A stretch of DNA of 64,000 nt from Nageia nagi (lineage: Eukaryota > Plantae > Pinophyta). Location of the stretch: assembly GCA_050084985.1 (NCBI GenBank), contig JBITNC010000001.1, positions 64,914,001-64,978,000 of the forward strand, read 5' to 3'. The number at the start of each line of letters is the position of its first letter. Positions within the stretch are counted from its first letter, which is position 1. This document shows, one piece after another, positions 1 through 13,810 of this stretch. The notes beneath the pieces were generated by a model. It ran no database searches and was not told where the DNA came from. It saw nothing but the letters and a program-made list of their open reading frames with translations. The position numbers and the translations under genes are program-made.

Positions 1-174
1 TAGTTTTTGTGTAATGGGAAATGAGAGGTTTAATATAGAATTGAGAGCTATGAAGATAAATGGACTGAGCAAAAATGTAGTGATCCCTATGCTCAAACAT
101 CTCCTCAATGTATGCTAAGTGTTAGGTTGGTTTCAAGTTTTGATTTTTTTTATGGGTCTATGCACTACATGATT

Positions 175-295
175 AAAACCACTAAATTACCCTATAACCC
201 TAAACCCTTAAAATCCTAAAACCCCATACCTTATACCCTTAAAAACTTAAAATCCTAAATACTTTAAAACTAAAAACCCTAAACTTTAAACTATT
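175..295 (+). repeat. Degenerate telomere-like (CCCTAAA-derived) tract
   Basis: Exact CCCTAAA at 198-204 and 277-283 amid variants (cccttaaaa, tcctaaaa, ccttata, ctttaaa). Confidence 0.5.
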
Positions 296-2132
296 ATGAT
301 TTTTTGAAAATACCTATAAATCTTTACATCAACATCAAAATAAACCAAATAGTTTAATAGTGGGATATAACATCATATGTGGTATCGAGTTGAATCACAT
401 TTGGTGTCATGTGATATCATTTTTAACATCACATTCCAATCAAAATACATAAAAAATGATGTTAAATTTGATGTCAAATTTATCGTCAAACTCAATGTTA
501 TTTTTAATTTTTATGTAGCATCAAATTAAATGTTGACTTGCATCAAACTTTCTATTAAACGTAACATCAAACATGTCATCAAACTAAATATCACTAAATT
601 AAAGAAAATATCAATGATACATAGCTAACACTATCTTATTCTATTTAGATTAGGAACATTACTTGGATATATTTGACACATGCCCTAACGCTATATGGGG
701 TTTATCTTGTAGTGTAAGGCATATGAGAGCTAATTGTGTTAATATTTACCATGATTTTCTACTATCTTGAAAAGAAAATCTTTAATCGTCTTATTTATTT
801 TTTCAACTTAACCATTACCTTAAGGGTATTAAGGAGTTAGAGAAATTTTTCTCTTTGCAAAACTTGTCATAAAAATCTCTTATTTACTTACAACTAGGTT
901 AGGCCCATTATTTTTAAAAAATTATGATACCACAACAAATTTAGTGATGATATGCTAAAAAATGAAATCAATGATATTATTTTCTTTTATCATTTTCATG
1001 GGTATTAACTCTACCCATTTTGTGAATTATTTCATGGCTATTATAATAAAATTTTGGCCTTCTCTAAAATGAAGATTAATAACACTAATGAGATCAATAA
1101 CCCCATTAGAGATTATGATTAATAACCTCAAGAACTTCCAAAGTTTGTTTAGCCATCAATAGTTGAAGATTAGTTCATCCTATAAATTTTAGAAATCTTT
1201 AGCTTTAAAAAATTCATCAATTATAATATTTTATGAGAAAAATCAAAAAAATCAAAAATCAAAATAGCTTATTTGATTATTTGCAACTTTTCGGGTTTAG
1301 TTTGTTAGTTTCAAGTAAGATGAGGTCAAAATAGATCATTTTAGATGAAGAAAAATAAAAAAATTATCCAAAATTATCAAAAATTTTGTAATTATTATCA
1401 AGTAAGAAAAATAATAAAATTAGCAATGATGAAGCTTAAAATCAATTTTTTAGTTCCATATTTATTTCAATAGATTAGGAGATACAACCTGAAGAAATTC
1501 TAATTCCTAAAGATCAATAAAAATAAATGAAAATAATCCTAGGATCATTGTTCATCTTTTTTAAATAATAATTATAGCCTAGAAAAAGGAAATATAACTT
1601 GAATGAGTTGAAGTTCCAAGTTTTCAAGTTCATGTATCTTGATCATTATTTATTTTAGCAATAAAATTGTAAATCAAGTTTATGATCAACAATAAAAATA
1701 AAATCTAAGTTTATGTAGAGCTTGTATTTGTTTATGCAAAAATTCCTTATCATTTATTAAAAATAAAAATATATATATCATATTTTATGCCACCCATTTT
1801 TGTCTTTGGGGTAATATAAGATCCTTCATGGTCAATTCGTCATGATATCATGCTTTGGTAGTAAGTTATTTGTGATCCTTTGGATAGATTTCCTTATCCT
1901 TTCTCTTTTAGTACATACACCCATTTTGGTATCTTTTGGGATAACAAAACATATACCATGGGTACAGTTGTTAGGGATCCTTCAATATATGACCTTATTC
2001 ATTAGTGTATATAATTGAAAATATATTCTAAGCATGACTCAAAGTATGTCTCCACCTTGTTTATCAATTACTAATTTATCATTTTTATATCATGCACTTA
2101 TTTATGATGTTGGCTAACAAGTGGGTTCTTGA

Positions 2133-3326
2133 TGTGCACCAAAATTCATGCTTGCAATGCACTAAGAAAAATAAATGAGTTAGTAACACATATAAATCTC
2201 AAGTCTACATAACATATATTTATCTTAATTTGAATAATGCAAAGATTATGGTAAATGTATGTCTAAAACTTCAAAGTATGCTTCAAAACTTGAGAATAAT
2301 GATAAAGAGACTAAAATGCATGTAACCAAGATAGGAGGACCTCCAATTTAGGCCCCATAAGGCACCTAAACATGCTTGGAGTGAGTTTCCTCCCTCCAAA
2401 TGGAAATGTGAGCCCTATAGCCTCCAATCAATGAAGACAATGAAATCAAGGATGCCTATTATGTAAGGTGTGTATGCCTAGATGTTCTTTAGATAATTTG
2501 AATGGTGCAATTAAGAAATCTAAGTTAGTATTTGTAAACTTATTTATGAAATTTAAGAATAATTATGTTTCAAACACTAAGAATTCTTCAAATCTTAAGA
2601 ATGTTAAAGATCCTTGAATATCTAAGATCCAAAGATACCCATAAGGCTAATAATGTATTTAAACTATCAATTAATGCATGTATGGATAATTAATTAAAAT
2701 TCAAAGACAAAATGCAAATTATAATAGATTTATCTTAACAAATACATTAAATGCACATAATGTTCAATGGAGGATACAAGTGTTGAACATCCAAAGCTTT
2801 TCCATGATGAGAGTGACTTTCAAACCTACAAAAACCTAGAACATACACTAATATTTGCAATATAATGTGAGATTCACTAGATGAATATTACCATAATAGG
2901 TGTAGCATGAAGATCATAAGCTTGGTGTGGTAGGAAATCCTTCAAAATATTGGAATCCTTTAATGATCCTTCAAATCCTAGCCTTCAAATGCTTAAGTAA
3001 TTTTGTAGCAAATTAGGAGCATAAAATAATAATTATGCAATAAAAATAATGGAAACAGGGAGGAATTCAAATTTTTCATTTTGTTATATACCTCTTTTAC
3101 AACTTAAGTTAAATAGATATAGATACCTACTTTTGAACTTTATTTAAGTTTTATGTCATTTTAGCTCCTTTTGAGATATTTTAGCTTTTTAAGAAATATT
3201 TAGCTCTTTTAGAATATTTAAAATTTTTGTTCATTAAGATATTAGAAATTAATAAACATCATTAATTAAGCACACCAATGCAAATAATCCATTCTATTCC
3301 AAAAGTGTTATTTTTTAGTGTCTACA
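2133..3326 (-). repeat. 3' LTR of the Ogre/Tat element
   Basis: tgtgcaccaaaattcat...tttttagtgtctaca is collinear with 26318-28354 and is followed by attttcccctttt (minus-strand PPT). Confidence 0.93.
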
Positions 3327-3339
3327 ATTTTCCCCTTTT
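3327..3339 (-). promoter_or_regulatory. Polypurine tract of the Ogre/Tat element
   Basis: Minus strand reads aaaaggggaaaat directly before the LTR start tgtagac. Confidence 0.8.
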
Positions 3340-3445
3340 GGACTAAGTCTTTTGCTAAAACATATTTAGTTCAACATATGTAGATAAATACATGTTTATT
3401 ATGCAATCATTTTGAACATATAGAATAATCTAAAATTTTGAAAAC

Positions 3446-3895
3446 TTGAACAAATATGAATAGAAATTTGAATGTACATTTTAACAATTTGAACCCTAAA
3501 CAATTTGTTCTTGAAGAAAAAAAGTAAAAAATTTGAACAAATATGAATAGCATTTTGAATACACTTTTCAATAATTCAAACCCTAAATAATGTGTTTATG
3601 AAGGTAAAACTTTGAACAAATATGAATAACAATTTAAATGTACTTTTTGATAATTCAAATCCTAAATAATGTGTTCAAGAAGGTGAAACTTTGAACAACT
3701 TTTATAATATTTAATGATTGTATACATCAAACTTATACAAAGTGTTTGTGAAAGCAAAAATTTGAACAACTTATATAGTATTTGACGATTGTATACATAA
3801 AACCTATGTGAAGAATTCATGAAGGTGAAACTTTGAATAACTTATATAGTACTTGACGATTGTATACATTAAACCTATGCAAAACATTCATGGAG
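3446..3895. repeat. Tandem array of about 71-87 bp units (6 copies) in the 3' UTR of the Ogre element
   Basis: Units starting ttgaacaa/ttgaataa at about 3446, 3533, 3612, 3691, 3762 and 3833. Confidence 0.85.
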
Positions 3896-5799
3896 TAAGC
3901 ACATATCTACTTATCAACAACCATGTAGACTTAATATTTTTTTTTTGAAATTTGAACCTTTATTTTAAAAAAAATCAAATTAGTTTTGCATTTGAAAGAA
4001 TTGAAATTTTGCTTTTTGAACAAATTGAAAATTTTGCTATTTTGAAATATTTACAATTTTTATTAAAGCTTTAAAAAGAAAATCAAACTTTGAACATTTG
4101 AAGTTTGAAATTTTTTGGAAAGGTAGGTGTTAGTCCCCCTTGAATGATATTGTATTGACTAGTATGAATAATACAAAATTGTTCAAAAAAGGTAAGTTTA
4201 TGTGTGTAGTGTAATTTTTTTTTGTTAAATTCCCCAATTGAATATTTTGAATAAAATAGATGAGTTTTAGAAATAAAGAACTATTTTGAAAAAAATTGAA
4301 CCTAAAGGTAATTAAATATATCAATTTGACCCTTAAGTTATCAAAATAAGGTAAAAAAGAGTAAAAAAGTTACCATTTTAACTGATTTTGACTAGTTGGC
4401 AAGTTTGAATATTGGAGAAGAAGAGCAACCTAGTTACCATGGTGGTGAACGAGGCACCTTGAGCTCCTACTAGCATCAAAAAATCAAGCCTTGGACTCTA
4501 GATAGGTGTTCCAACCTTTTGCTATGAAGTTTTTAGCAATTTTTGAATATATTATGCATTTTCAAATAAATATAGTGCAAACTTTGAAATTTTCTCATTT
4601 TTCTTCGAAATGGCCAAATTTATTAGTTCAGATTTATGTATTTCATGCCTAGAACATAAGCAAAACAATCCTATGTCTGAATTTTCCCCAATTTGATAGA
4701 ATTTCAAAAACTAAGTTTTAAAAAAATAAAAAAGGGTTTTTTATTTTGATTTTTGGTCATTATGCTCAAATAGGAGGTTTGATTAAAAACTGAACAAATA
4801 CCCATCAACTTTTTTACCCCCAACTAAGTTTTCACAATTTCAAAGTTTCAAAAAATGGTTAAAAATGATAGAAAATCACCACTTTACCAAAAAATAAGAA
4901 AGGATTCGAAAAACCAAATTTTACTCATTTTGACAAAATAAAGTGCTAGATCCAAAAATCGATCGACACCCACCAGGTTTTTTTCCCATAATTAGGCTTC
5001 TATGGATTTGGAATCATTGAAAATAGGCAAAAATGGGATTTTTCTATAAATTTTATCTTCTAGGGTTGAGGAATAGTGCCCATTGCACCTAGAACATTGG
5101 GGTCTAAGCTGCTACACTTAGGCCACAAGCACCCATGCACATTATGCCTCACCTAGAACTATCATTTGGGACCAATTTGTGTGTTTTACATATTTTATGG
5201 CATTTTACTTACCTCTAAAGTTGGGTTTATCGCTATTTAACCAAATTTATCCCCTTGTAAATAAGATTTAGTCCATTTTTATGTGAATTCATCCAATTTT
5301 GTAAGAATTTGCTCAAACTTATCCAAAAAAGTTGACCTTGATGGTTTCACTCTAAAAATGTTGCACTTTTGCTTCAAATGCTGTGTAAAAGGTTGTTGTA
5401 CTGCTAATTAAAATGCTAAATATTGTAATTGTACTCATAATATACTATTTTATGTAATTTTGTGAGTTTGTACTTACAAAATCATAATTTTTTGCATTTC
5501 TCTTGCAATAATATCATGCTTTTGAGAAAAGTAACATTTCAAGTATAATGAATGATAGAGATATCTTTTTTAATCACCCATATAGTTGGATAGCTATGTG
5601 TAATTTCATTTTCCAAGCATAAAAATATGGTTTCCCCAATGCAACAAATGATAAGCATGCTATGTGCAAGTGTACTATTACCAAATTGTTAAATTGTTAA
5701 GCTTACAATTTTTTCTTAAAATATTCAAATATAGTTATTGTTGGATATTTTCAGCATATCATTAACTTTTTTAATGCATTAGAAGTTAACATTTTATTG

Positions 5800-7750
5800 G
5801 TACCATGATGCTAGATGCATGCTACCCTAGTATAGACTGTGAAAAATCATTCTGTAAGAGAATTATAGATCATTTTATGAGTTAGAGGGTGTGGCTAAAA
5901 TAAATGCAACTATAAGATATAAAGCAATTGGTGAGAACACAATGGGTTACTCACATCACAACATCATACTCAACATGAACATAATGATACAATTAAGGCA
6001 CAAAAAAGAGCACATTACAACTTTTACAAATTTACATCAAAGTTTATGTTTTGTAAAATATTTATAACAACACATGATTGTTTTTTTTTTAAACATCCTG
6101 ATGAGACCTTATTTATGCGATATCACTTTCATGATCTATAGTTGGAGCACTAATGAGACATACCAATGATAGGGTGGATGTAGCTTCACAACATGAATTT
6201 GGGATACACTAGTATGATACACAAGGTAGTGGCTATCTTGAGTTATGCTATAGCTATATGTGAGAGCTAGGATCAGACCACTAACATATTTCATCTACCA
6301 ACTAGTGAGTGCACAGTAAATCTTGAAGATGTTTTGAGGATTATGTGGATATTGATCAAGGGTGCCCCAATTATCAACCTAGAAAATGAGGTTGGATGGG
6401 AAGTGGCTATGATTCAAATAGTGGATCGATACTATGATTGACTAATATGGGGATCATGTGGCTTCAGTTATGATAATTCATATAGCAATGGGCTCATCGA
6501 TCACATGAATTGCTTCATGATGACACTTATTATAGGATTCATCTTACCAATTTATTTTAAGTGTATATTTCCCTAGAATCTTTACCAAATTCTGCATGAG
6601 ATTAGGAAGTACACCATAATATTCACTTAGGGTCCAATGTTTCTAGCTCAATTATACCATGAGATATGGAGATGGAAGAGGGTACATGCATAGGGATATG
6701 GTGTTCTCTATTCCTATAGGTGTGGGGATGGGAACACATTGTAGTGGCATGATTCATAGGCCTAATTTTTGATATTCATTCCAAGTATGCACTAATGTAT
6801 GAGGAAGTGACTAGCAACATGCCATATATGATGTACTAGGGATACCATTACAAATTGAGGGAAGGTCATATTTGTGAAGGCTAGGTAGCATACTACTGAT
6901 AGAAATTTAAATGGTTGAGACCTAATAAGGTGATTCAAAGATCATACAGGGGTGGTCCAACATGAGTTGATGATAGAGCATATCTTACTCACATTAGGTG
7001 AGCTAGATGAATCATGAACTATCAAGGTGAGGATGAGTACTTCAAGTTATATAAGTTATTTTGATAGTTTTGATAAGTCCAAGATGTACCTCTATATCCA
7101 TAGGTATACAATAGAGCCAATAGTAGAGATGGGAGACCCTAGCCATGGTATGATGAGATATATGAGGAGGTTGATAGTGAAAAAGAGGCAAAACTTGTGA
7201 TAATCCAAGATGATGTAGGTATGATGATGACCTACAATGCATGATGGAGAGCTCAACATCCAATAGAGGTTGAGGAGGAGGATAAGAATGAGGGTGAGCC
7301 CCTCTATATATGGGTGAGACAAAGGCATAAGTTCCCCCATCAAGGTGAGAGAGAACCTCCAACATAATTTCTAGATCTAGTAGGTGAAGGAGTGTAGGAG
7401 CTCTATCACAAGGAGGAGGAGTTAACTTAGATAGTTACTAGATTGAGTTGATGGATAGATGAAATACATAGATGTTTATGACGAGTATGATTCTCATTCC
7501 AAATATATCATCAATCATGCACACACAAAGTAGATTACATTAGTCTCATTGTGTGTCTAGGAGTTTACATGCAGTGACTTCTTCACATGCCACCTCCCAT
7601 CCATAGGACAAGGATACACATACATCAACAAGGGCTCCAAGTACCTCCCATTCTATAGCTAGGTAGCATGAGGTATCTTCATTATCTTCTAGACAAATAT
7701 GAAGTTTAGGAGAACTATGAGACTCATATTTTTGAGATAGTACGATAGTA
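5800..7750 (+). pseudogene. Degenerate plant mobile domain (PMD, aminotransferase-like/MAIN-like) ORF, antisense to pol; boundaries approximate
   Basis: 6241-6372 translates SYAIAICES*DQTTNIFHLPTSECTVNLEDVLRIMWILIKGAPI, matching the PMD motif ERWxxETxTFHLPxGExTxTLEDV; about 6620-6670 IFT*GPMFLAQLYHEIW matches the PMD YSWGxAxLAxLYxxL motif; an acidic tail follows. Confidence 0.82.
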
Positions 7751-8789
7751 GGTGCTCAAATGAACTAGGCATATTATAATACATAGGACATATATATGAT
7801 GTATATCGTGAGGTGACTTGTTGTACTATGCTCTCATAGTTTTATGTATTACCTTTTTATGGTTTATTCCACTTATATATATACATGTGGTTGATTTTTT
7901 ACATGCTATGCTTATGAATGTATGCTTATGTTGTATGTTTATTGAGATGTTTATGGAATATGATGGTTCAATTTGATGCATGTTTAGACTATTATGATGC
8001 ATTTGAAAGATGTTTATGGTGATTTTACATTTTAAATTTTATTTTAAATATGTAATTTGTATCTTTTAATATGCTAAATGGGCCCTTACTTCTTACATTT
8101 TGTGAAATAATGTGAGGTAATAAAATTCAATGGTCTCAACCCATGATGAGATATGATGGGACCATGAACAATTTGTAACTATGAAACACAATGAGTGGAC
8201 ATGATAATAAAATCAAATAGATTTAGAACCAACTTCCATCTAAATGTGTAAGACATGCTCTAGCCCCAATCAAACTAGGAAGGATATATCATCTAACAGT
8301 TCCAAGACCTTTACAAATTTTTATGAAAATACAATCAAATCGATGTAATCATATTAAGTGATGAAAAGCATGCCAAATGATATAGGAGATGAGTGACTAG
8401 TGGTTCTCATATTCACCAAAAAGATAGAAAATACTAAAAGCAAGAGACCATCCAAGTATCAACTCTTGAATTTCATGATCTAGCTTGATGAAATAAAACC
8501 TGTGATATTTAAACAACAAACCTCAGAGCTACTTAATATAGCTTGCATAGGAATCCTTTCTAGATTTGCATATAAAATAAAAAGTGAAAGGAAAAAAGGA
8601 CTAACATATTAAAACATAATGATGGCAAATAATAAGTAGAAAATAGGATGGTTATGGAATTGCTTGATGATGAAGAGGGATATTTTTTAAGTTTTTTATC
8701 TTTTTAAGAATCCAATATGCAATAAGAAACAAAATCAAGGGCACAAGAAAATAAATGACCATGTATTCTCCTATATATGAAATGGTTGA

Positions 8790-9950
8790 AGATGTATGAT
8801 GTTGATTGGTTTGTCCTTCTTGATCCCTTCCAATGTAGCCAAGTCATATGCCCTTGAGCCAAATTTGTGCTTGATCACATAAGGACCTAACTATTTGGGA
8901 GCAAAATTATCTCTCAAAACCCACTCTTGGTGATAGTTCTATTGAACTCTCATGGTTTAACCCTCTCTTGCTATATACCTTTTTAAGATGGTTTTGGATA
9001 TACTTTGAAATGGTACAAGGTGTTGAAATGCCTCTCATATAGTATATCAGTTGATCCAAGCATGCTTTCCTAGCCTTATGTTTTAGTAATATATCTTGCA
9101 ATTAAATTAGTAGAGATGGTATCTCAAGTTCTAAAGGCATGATATCTTTGGTCCCATAAACCAATGAAATCAATGTTGCACTTGTAGGAGTTCTGATGCT
9201 AGTTCTATAGGCCCATAGTGTAATAGGTATCTGAGTGTACCAATCCCTAAGAGATATAATGGTTATTTTCTTGAGGATAAAAACTATGTATTATTACTTG
9301 TTTCTACTTTCCCATTACCCTACAGATAGTAAGGCATAGAAAAGCTATGTTTGATCTTATATCGATAATAATACCTTTAATTATCATTTTCTTAAAGTTA
9401 GGACCATTGTCTAAAATAATCCTTATAGATATACCAAATATACTAATGATGTTATGCTTGATGAATTCAATAATCTTAGAACCTTTAGTAGATGTCATTA
9501 GTGTTGCCTCAACCCATTTTGTGAAATACTTAGTGGCTATAATTATGAATTTACATCCTCCTGATGAGTTTGGATTAAATTGGGTAATTAAGTTAAATCC
9601 CCATCATGAGAATGGACACATAGCTTAAATGGTTTGTAATGCTTGAGAGGGTGTGTGCATCAAATTTACATGCTATTGATATTTTACATACTTTTTGATA
9701 TAGTCATGATAATCTCTCTCCATAGTGGGCTAGTAATAACACATCATAATAAAGTATTTTGCAATGGTGAAACCATTAAAATATCCCCCATAGGTTCCAT
9801 CATGAAAATTATGCATTATAATTTATTGATCTGGATATTCTAAGCAACAAAGGAACACACCATCATATCCCCTCCTATATATGACATCTCCTAGGATTGT
9901 ATATTTTATTACTTTATACTTAAATTATTATTTCTCTCTTGTAAACATGG
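8790..9950 (-). pseudogene. pol: Gypsy integrase remnant
   Basis: FIKHNIISIFGISIRIILDNGPNF core (9304-9498); C-terminal FAPK*LGPYVI (GPY/F motif) near 8830-8905. Confidence 0.88.
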
Positions 9951-10129
9951 TGGTTGGTAGGGTCCCTCATTTAAGATAGTATTTGTATTGATGGTACCAC
10001 AAATCTTTGGATGCTACATTCAGTTCATTGACATTCATTTATGGTTGGTACTCATCTTAAAACATGGTCAAGTCTAGAGAATACTTGTACAAAGTGATCA
10101 CCTCTACATGTGTTACTTTCTAGAATGGG

Positions 10130-10520
10130 TGTTGTGGGATTAGAGATCCAAATAAGCCATAATATCTAAAAATTGATTGGAGGATATAGGAGTAGCATCA
10201 ATGTTGTATTCCTTGAAGTGTTCTAATAATTATTTAACCATAGCCTTATATTTCTTAAGATGAGGTTGATTGCATACATAGATCCCTTTAATTTGGTTTA
10301 CAATTAATAAAGAATCACCATAAATATTTAACTACTCATACTTCATTTCAATTGTCAATTTAAGCCCAAGAATGAGTGCCTCATATTTTGCATTATTATT
10401 TGTGTACTTAAAAGATAATTTGAATGACATAGGCATAGGGAATCCTTGAGGAGTTTTAAAAACTATCCTGGATCCTCCCCCTTGTTCATAGCATGAACTA
10501 TCAAAATACAAGTTCATATC
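10130..10520 (-). pseudogene. pol: Additional (archaeal-type) RNase H, aRH
   Basis: MNLYFDSSC..GGGSRIVF..TNNNAKYEALILGL matches the aRH LYFDG..TNNxAEYEAL..GL pattern and lies between RH and INT. Confidence 0.88.
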
Positions 10521-10599
10521 ATAATCCTCTTAGTCAACCTCTCCCTCAATCTCAAAAATACCAAATAAGTTACTAAGTAACAACTCTATACTTAAGGGA

Positions 10600-11800
10600 T
10601 GTCATTTTTTTTATGGTGCTTCTATGAATTGATCATTAATAACTTGACCTTTAATATATTTTTGATTGATAAACTCTAGGTCAAACTCAATGAGAAATAT
10701 CCATTTTATTCATCATATACTTAAGTGGGTCCATCTTAGAGATGACATAAGTTTTCTGATTAAGCATGCAATGTCTAATATTTTTTCTCACAAAGATAAC
10801 TGCTAGACATAATTTCTCAAGATGGGTATGCTTAGTCTCATAAATTTCCAAAGTGCGACTCAAGTAGTATATGTCTTGCTCTTTCCTTGCTTCATTTTGT
10901 TGGGCCAACATAAAGTCCAAAGCAAAATTAGTAGCTAAAATGTAGAGGTGAAAAGACACTCCTACTCTAGGAGGAATCAATATAGGAGGATGTGTGAGAT
11001 AATTCTTAGTGGCATCAAAAGCCTCTTAACATTCTAGGTCCCATACAAACTCAACATTCTTTTTAGTAATGTATTGAATGGATGATATTTATCATACAAT
11101 TATGCTATGAACCTCTTGATTGCTTGTATCTTTCCTTGTAAGCTCTATAACTATTTTAGATTTTGAGGAGACATTTCATTTATTGCTCTAACTTTATTGG
11201 GATCTACCTCAATGCCTCACTTGGATAAAATGAATCCCAATAATTTACCTAATAGGATGCCAAAGATATACTTTTTTCAATTTAGTCTAACATTATACTC
11301 TAGCAATTGATCTAAGACTTTTCCCAATGCCTCTAGGTAAGACTCATGTATCTTGGATTTAATAATAAGGTTATCCATGTATTCTTTGACTATATCATGC
11401 ATATATTCATGCAAAATATATACCATAGCCCTATGATAGGTATTTCTTTCATTCTTTAATCCAAACAACATAACTCTATAACAATAGGTCCCCCATGGGG
11501 TTATGAATGCCATTTTATGCTTTTCCTCTTTTACGATCATGATTTGAATTTAATCAAATAAACCATCCATTAGTGAAAATATTCATGACTAGAAGTGTAA
11601 TCCACTAAGGTTTCCATGTTTGGAAGCGAAAAATCATCCTTAGGGAATGCTTTATTGACATCCCTGAAATCCATGAAAATTTTGATAGGATTAGACACCC
11701 ATTCTGGATAGGTGATAGCTAAAGCTTCTATAAATTTAGTTTTTAGCATTTTTTTAAGCTCTAGTTTCACTAACAAAGCCTTTACAGGATGCATTATATG
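10600..11800 (-). pseudogene. pol: Gypsy reverse transcriptase and RNase H/tether remnants
   Basis: YPEWVSNP..DFRDVNKAFPKDDFSLPN; AFITPWGTYCYRVMLFGLKN..YMDNLII; EQDIYYLSRTL..LEKLCLAVIF. Confidence 0.92.
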
Positions 11801-12042
11801 TAGTTTCTTCTTTACTAACTTTGCATCCTATCTCAAGGTCAAATAGTGCATCACTAGATTAGCTTGACATATCTTTATAAGCATAAGAAAATAATTTTAT
11901 TCTCTTCTTGATCTACATGGTCCACTCTTTCATTTCATCTTCATCTCCTAAATCAATTTCAATAGCCTTCTCTACTAGCATATGAGATCCATCCTACCAC
12001 TGATGGATAAGAAAGGGCCAATATATATCCTCTCTTCCTCTT

Positions 12043-12560
12043 TGTTAGAATATATAATGTATTATTATGTAAGTTAGTATTTAGGTGTTATCTAATTATT
12101 AATAATCCTTTTATGTAATTTCCTATTTTATCACTAAATACCTAAAAGTGACAAAGTAGTGGAATACTTTGGCTTCATCCTAGCATGACACTTATCCATG
12201 CTAACCCCATGTAAACCTTGAGTTAAAATATGAGATAAAGTGAGGTTCTTACCTATATATAAAGGGCATGGGCTTGTTGTAAAATACATTTTGAAGAAGC
12301 ATGAAAATGCTAGTCTTGTAGAGTTGTAGAAATGCTCTTATCAGAATTATATAGAAGAATTCTTGAGAATTTGTAAAGAGAGTTAGAGTTCTTGAGAAAA
12401 CATAAATTAGAGATGGTTTAAGTGGATGCAATCCTTTGTAAGGAACCACTATTTATATATATTTTATCTTATGTGAATGATCTATTTGTTATTAATATTA
12501 TTGGAAGATTTCATCCAAGGTAATCTAGGGTGGAGATAAATATCTACTTCATCTCCTTCA
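12043..12560 (+). repeat. 5' LTR of the nested element
   Basis: Collinear with 19099-19590; TG..CA ends; TATA-like cctatatataaag near 12252. Confidence 0.9.
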
Positions 12561-12562
12561 TT

Positions 12563-12574
12563 TGGTATCAGAGC
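12563..12574 (+). promoter_or_regulatory. Primer binding site, tRNA-iMet
   Basis: tggtatcagagc, 2 nt after the LTR end. Confidence 0.92.
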
Positions 12575-13419
12575 TTCTTTGGATATATTCTATTCATATT
12601 ATAAGGTAAAAATATCTTGAGGTATAAATCTTCTCCTCACTCTTATATTTTGTAAGTTATATTTTGCAATTTGTTTGCTAAAAGTTAGCTCTTTTAAGCT
12701 TTTATTGTTTCTTACATAAGCTATTTTTTTATTAAAATTAACCTTTAAGATTATATATGTGTTTAAATAGCTTCTTGTTTTAATAATACCTTACAAATTA
12801 AGAAGGATGTTAATGATTCTTATACATTCTTTTGGGTACTAACATTCTTTTTTTTTTTGTAAGAAATTAACCTTTTTTTAAGAGGTTAGTATACAATTTT
12901 AAGTATTGTTATATATGTTAGTTTCTAACATTATTTGCTATAATGATTATTTTGTAAATTTTAGCACTTATTTTTTACAAGTTGTAAATTTTCTAAGTTA
13001 CTTTACAATATATCTAATTTTTCATATATAACAATATGTTAATTTATTTTGTGAGAAGTTGCAATTCTTTTTTACAATTTAACCTTTTCCAAAATTTGTT
13101 ATCTATGACTATCTAGTACTGTTATTCTCTTGTGAAAAATATGATAATATATTTTTCAAGCAAGAAGGCTTTGTAAAAATAATTGTACACTTGTTTTTAC
13201 AAATTTACAAGAATATACATGATAAATTATTATTATTTCTAGTATAATTTTTTGTTAATATTAACACTAATATAAACAATAATTTATTATTATTTATTTA
13301 TTCAAACATATCTAAATAAACTAAATTTATTTTAAATAATTTTATTAAACATATATTTTTTATATTACAAAAAAGCCAAAAAAAACCTTTTTGGGGGGAG
13401 CAACGATGGAAGGAGGCCA

Positions 13420-13810
13420 TATTCACCCTAGGGAGGTGTGACACCCTAAGGGATTATCACCTACCTGTAGTGGGCGACACAACATACCAAGGGTTTCCAC
13501 CCCCCATGGGAGGCTCGGTACCCAAGGGGCTACCAAACATCCCACATGGGTGATGCAACATTTAAGTGCCTGCTACCTTCCCACAAGGGGTACAAAACCT
13601 AAGGGGTTGTTACCTACCCATAAAGGAGCACAATACCTAAGGGAAACTAGCCTTCTAATGTGGGGGCATGATACCTAAGCCCCACTAACCTCCCAACATG
13701 GGGGCATGGGATGTAAAGGGCCACCAACCACCCACCAAAGGGGACATAATACCCATAAGGTTGTCATCTGCCCCTCTATGTGGAGTGACACCCTCTTGGG
13801 CTTCCACCAA
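13420..13810. repeat. GC-rich degenerate ~38-bp tandem repeat (about 10 units)
   Basis: Recurring acc(t/c)aaggg...ccc..(t)ggg units, e.g. near 13445, 13522, 13598, 13636 and 13674. Confidence 0.7.

Noticed and set aside
7042-7365. Minus-strand ORFs of 107 and 83 aa
   Set aside because: Shadows of the acidic tail of the plus-strand PMD ORF.
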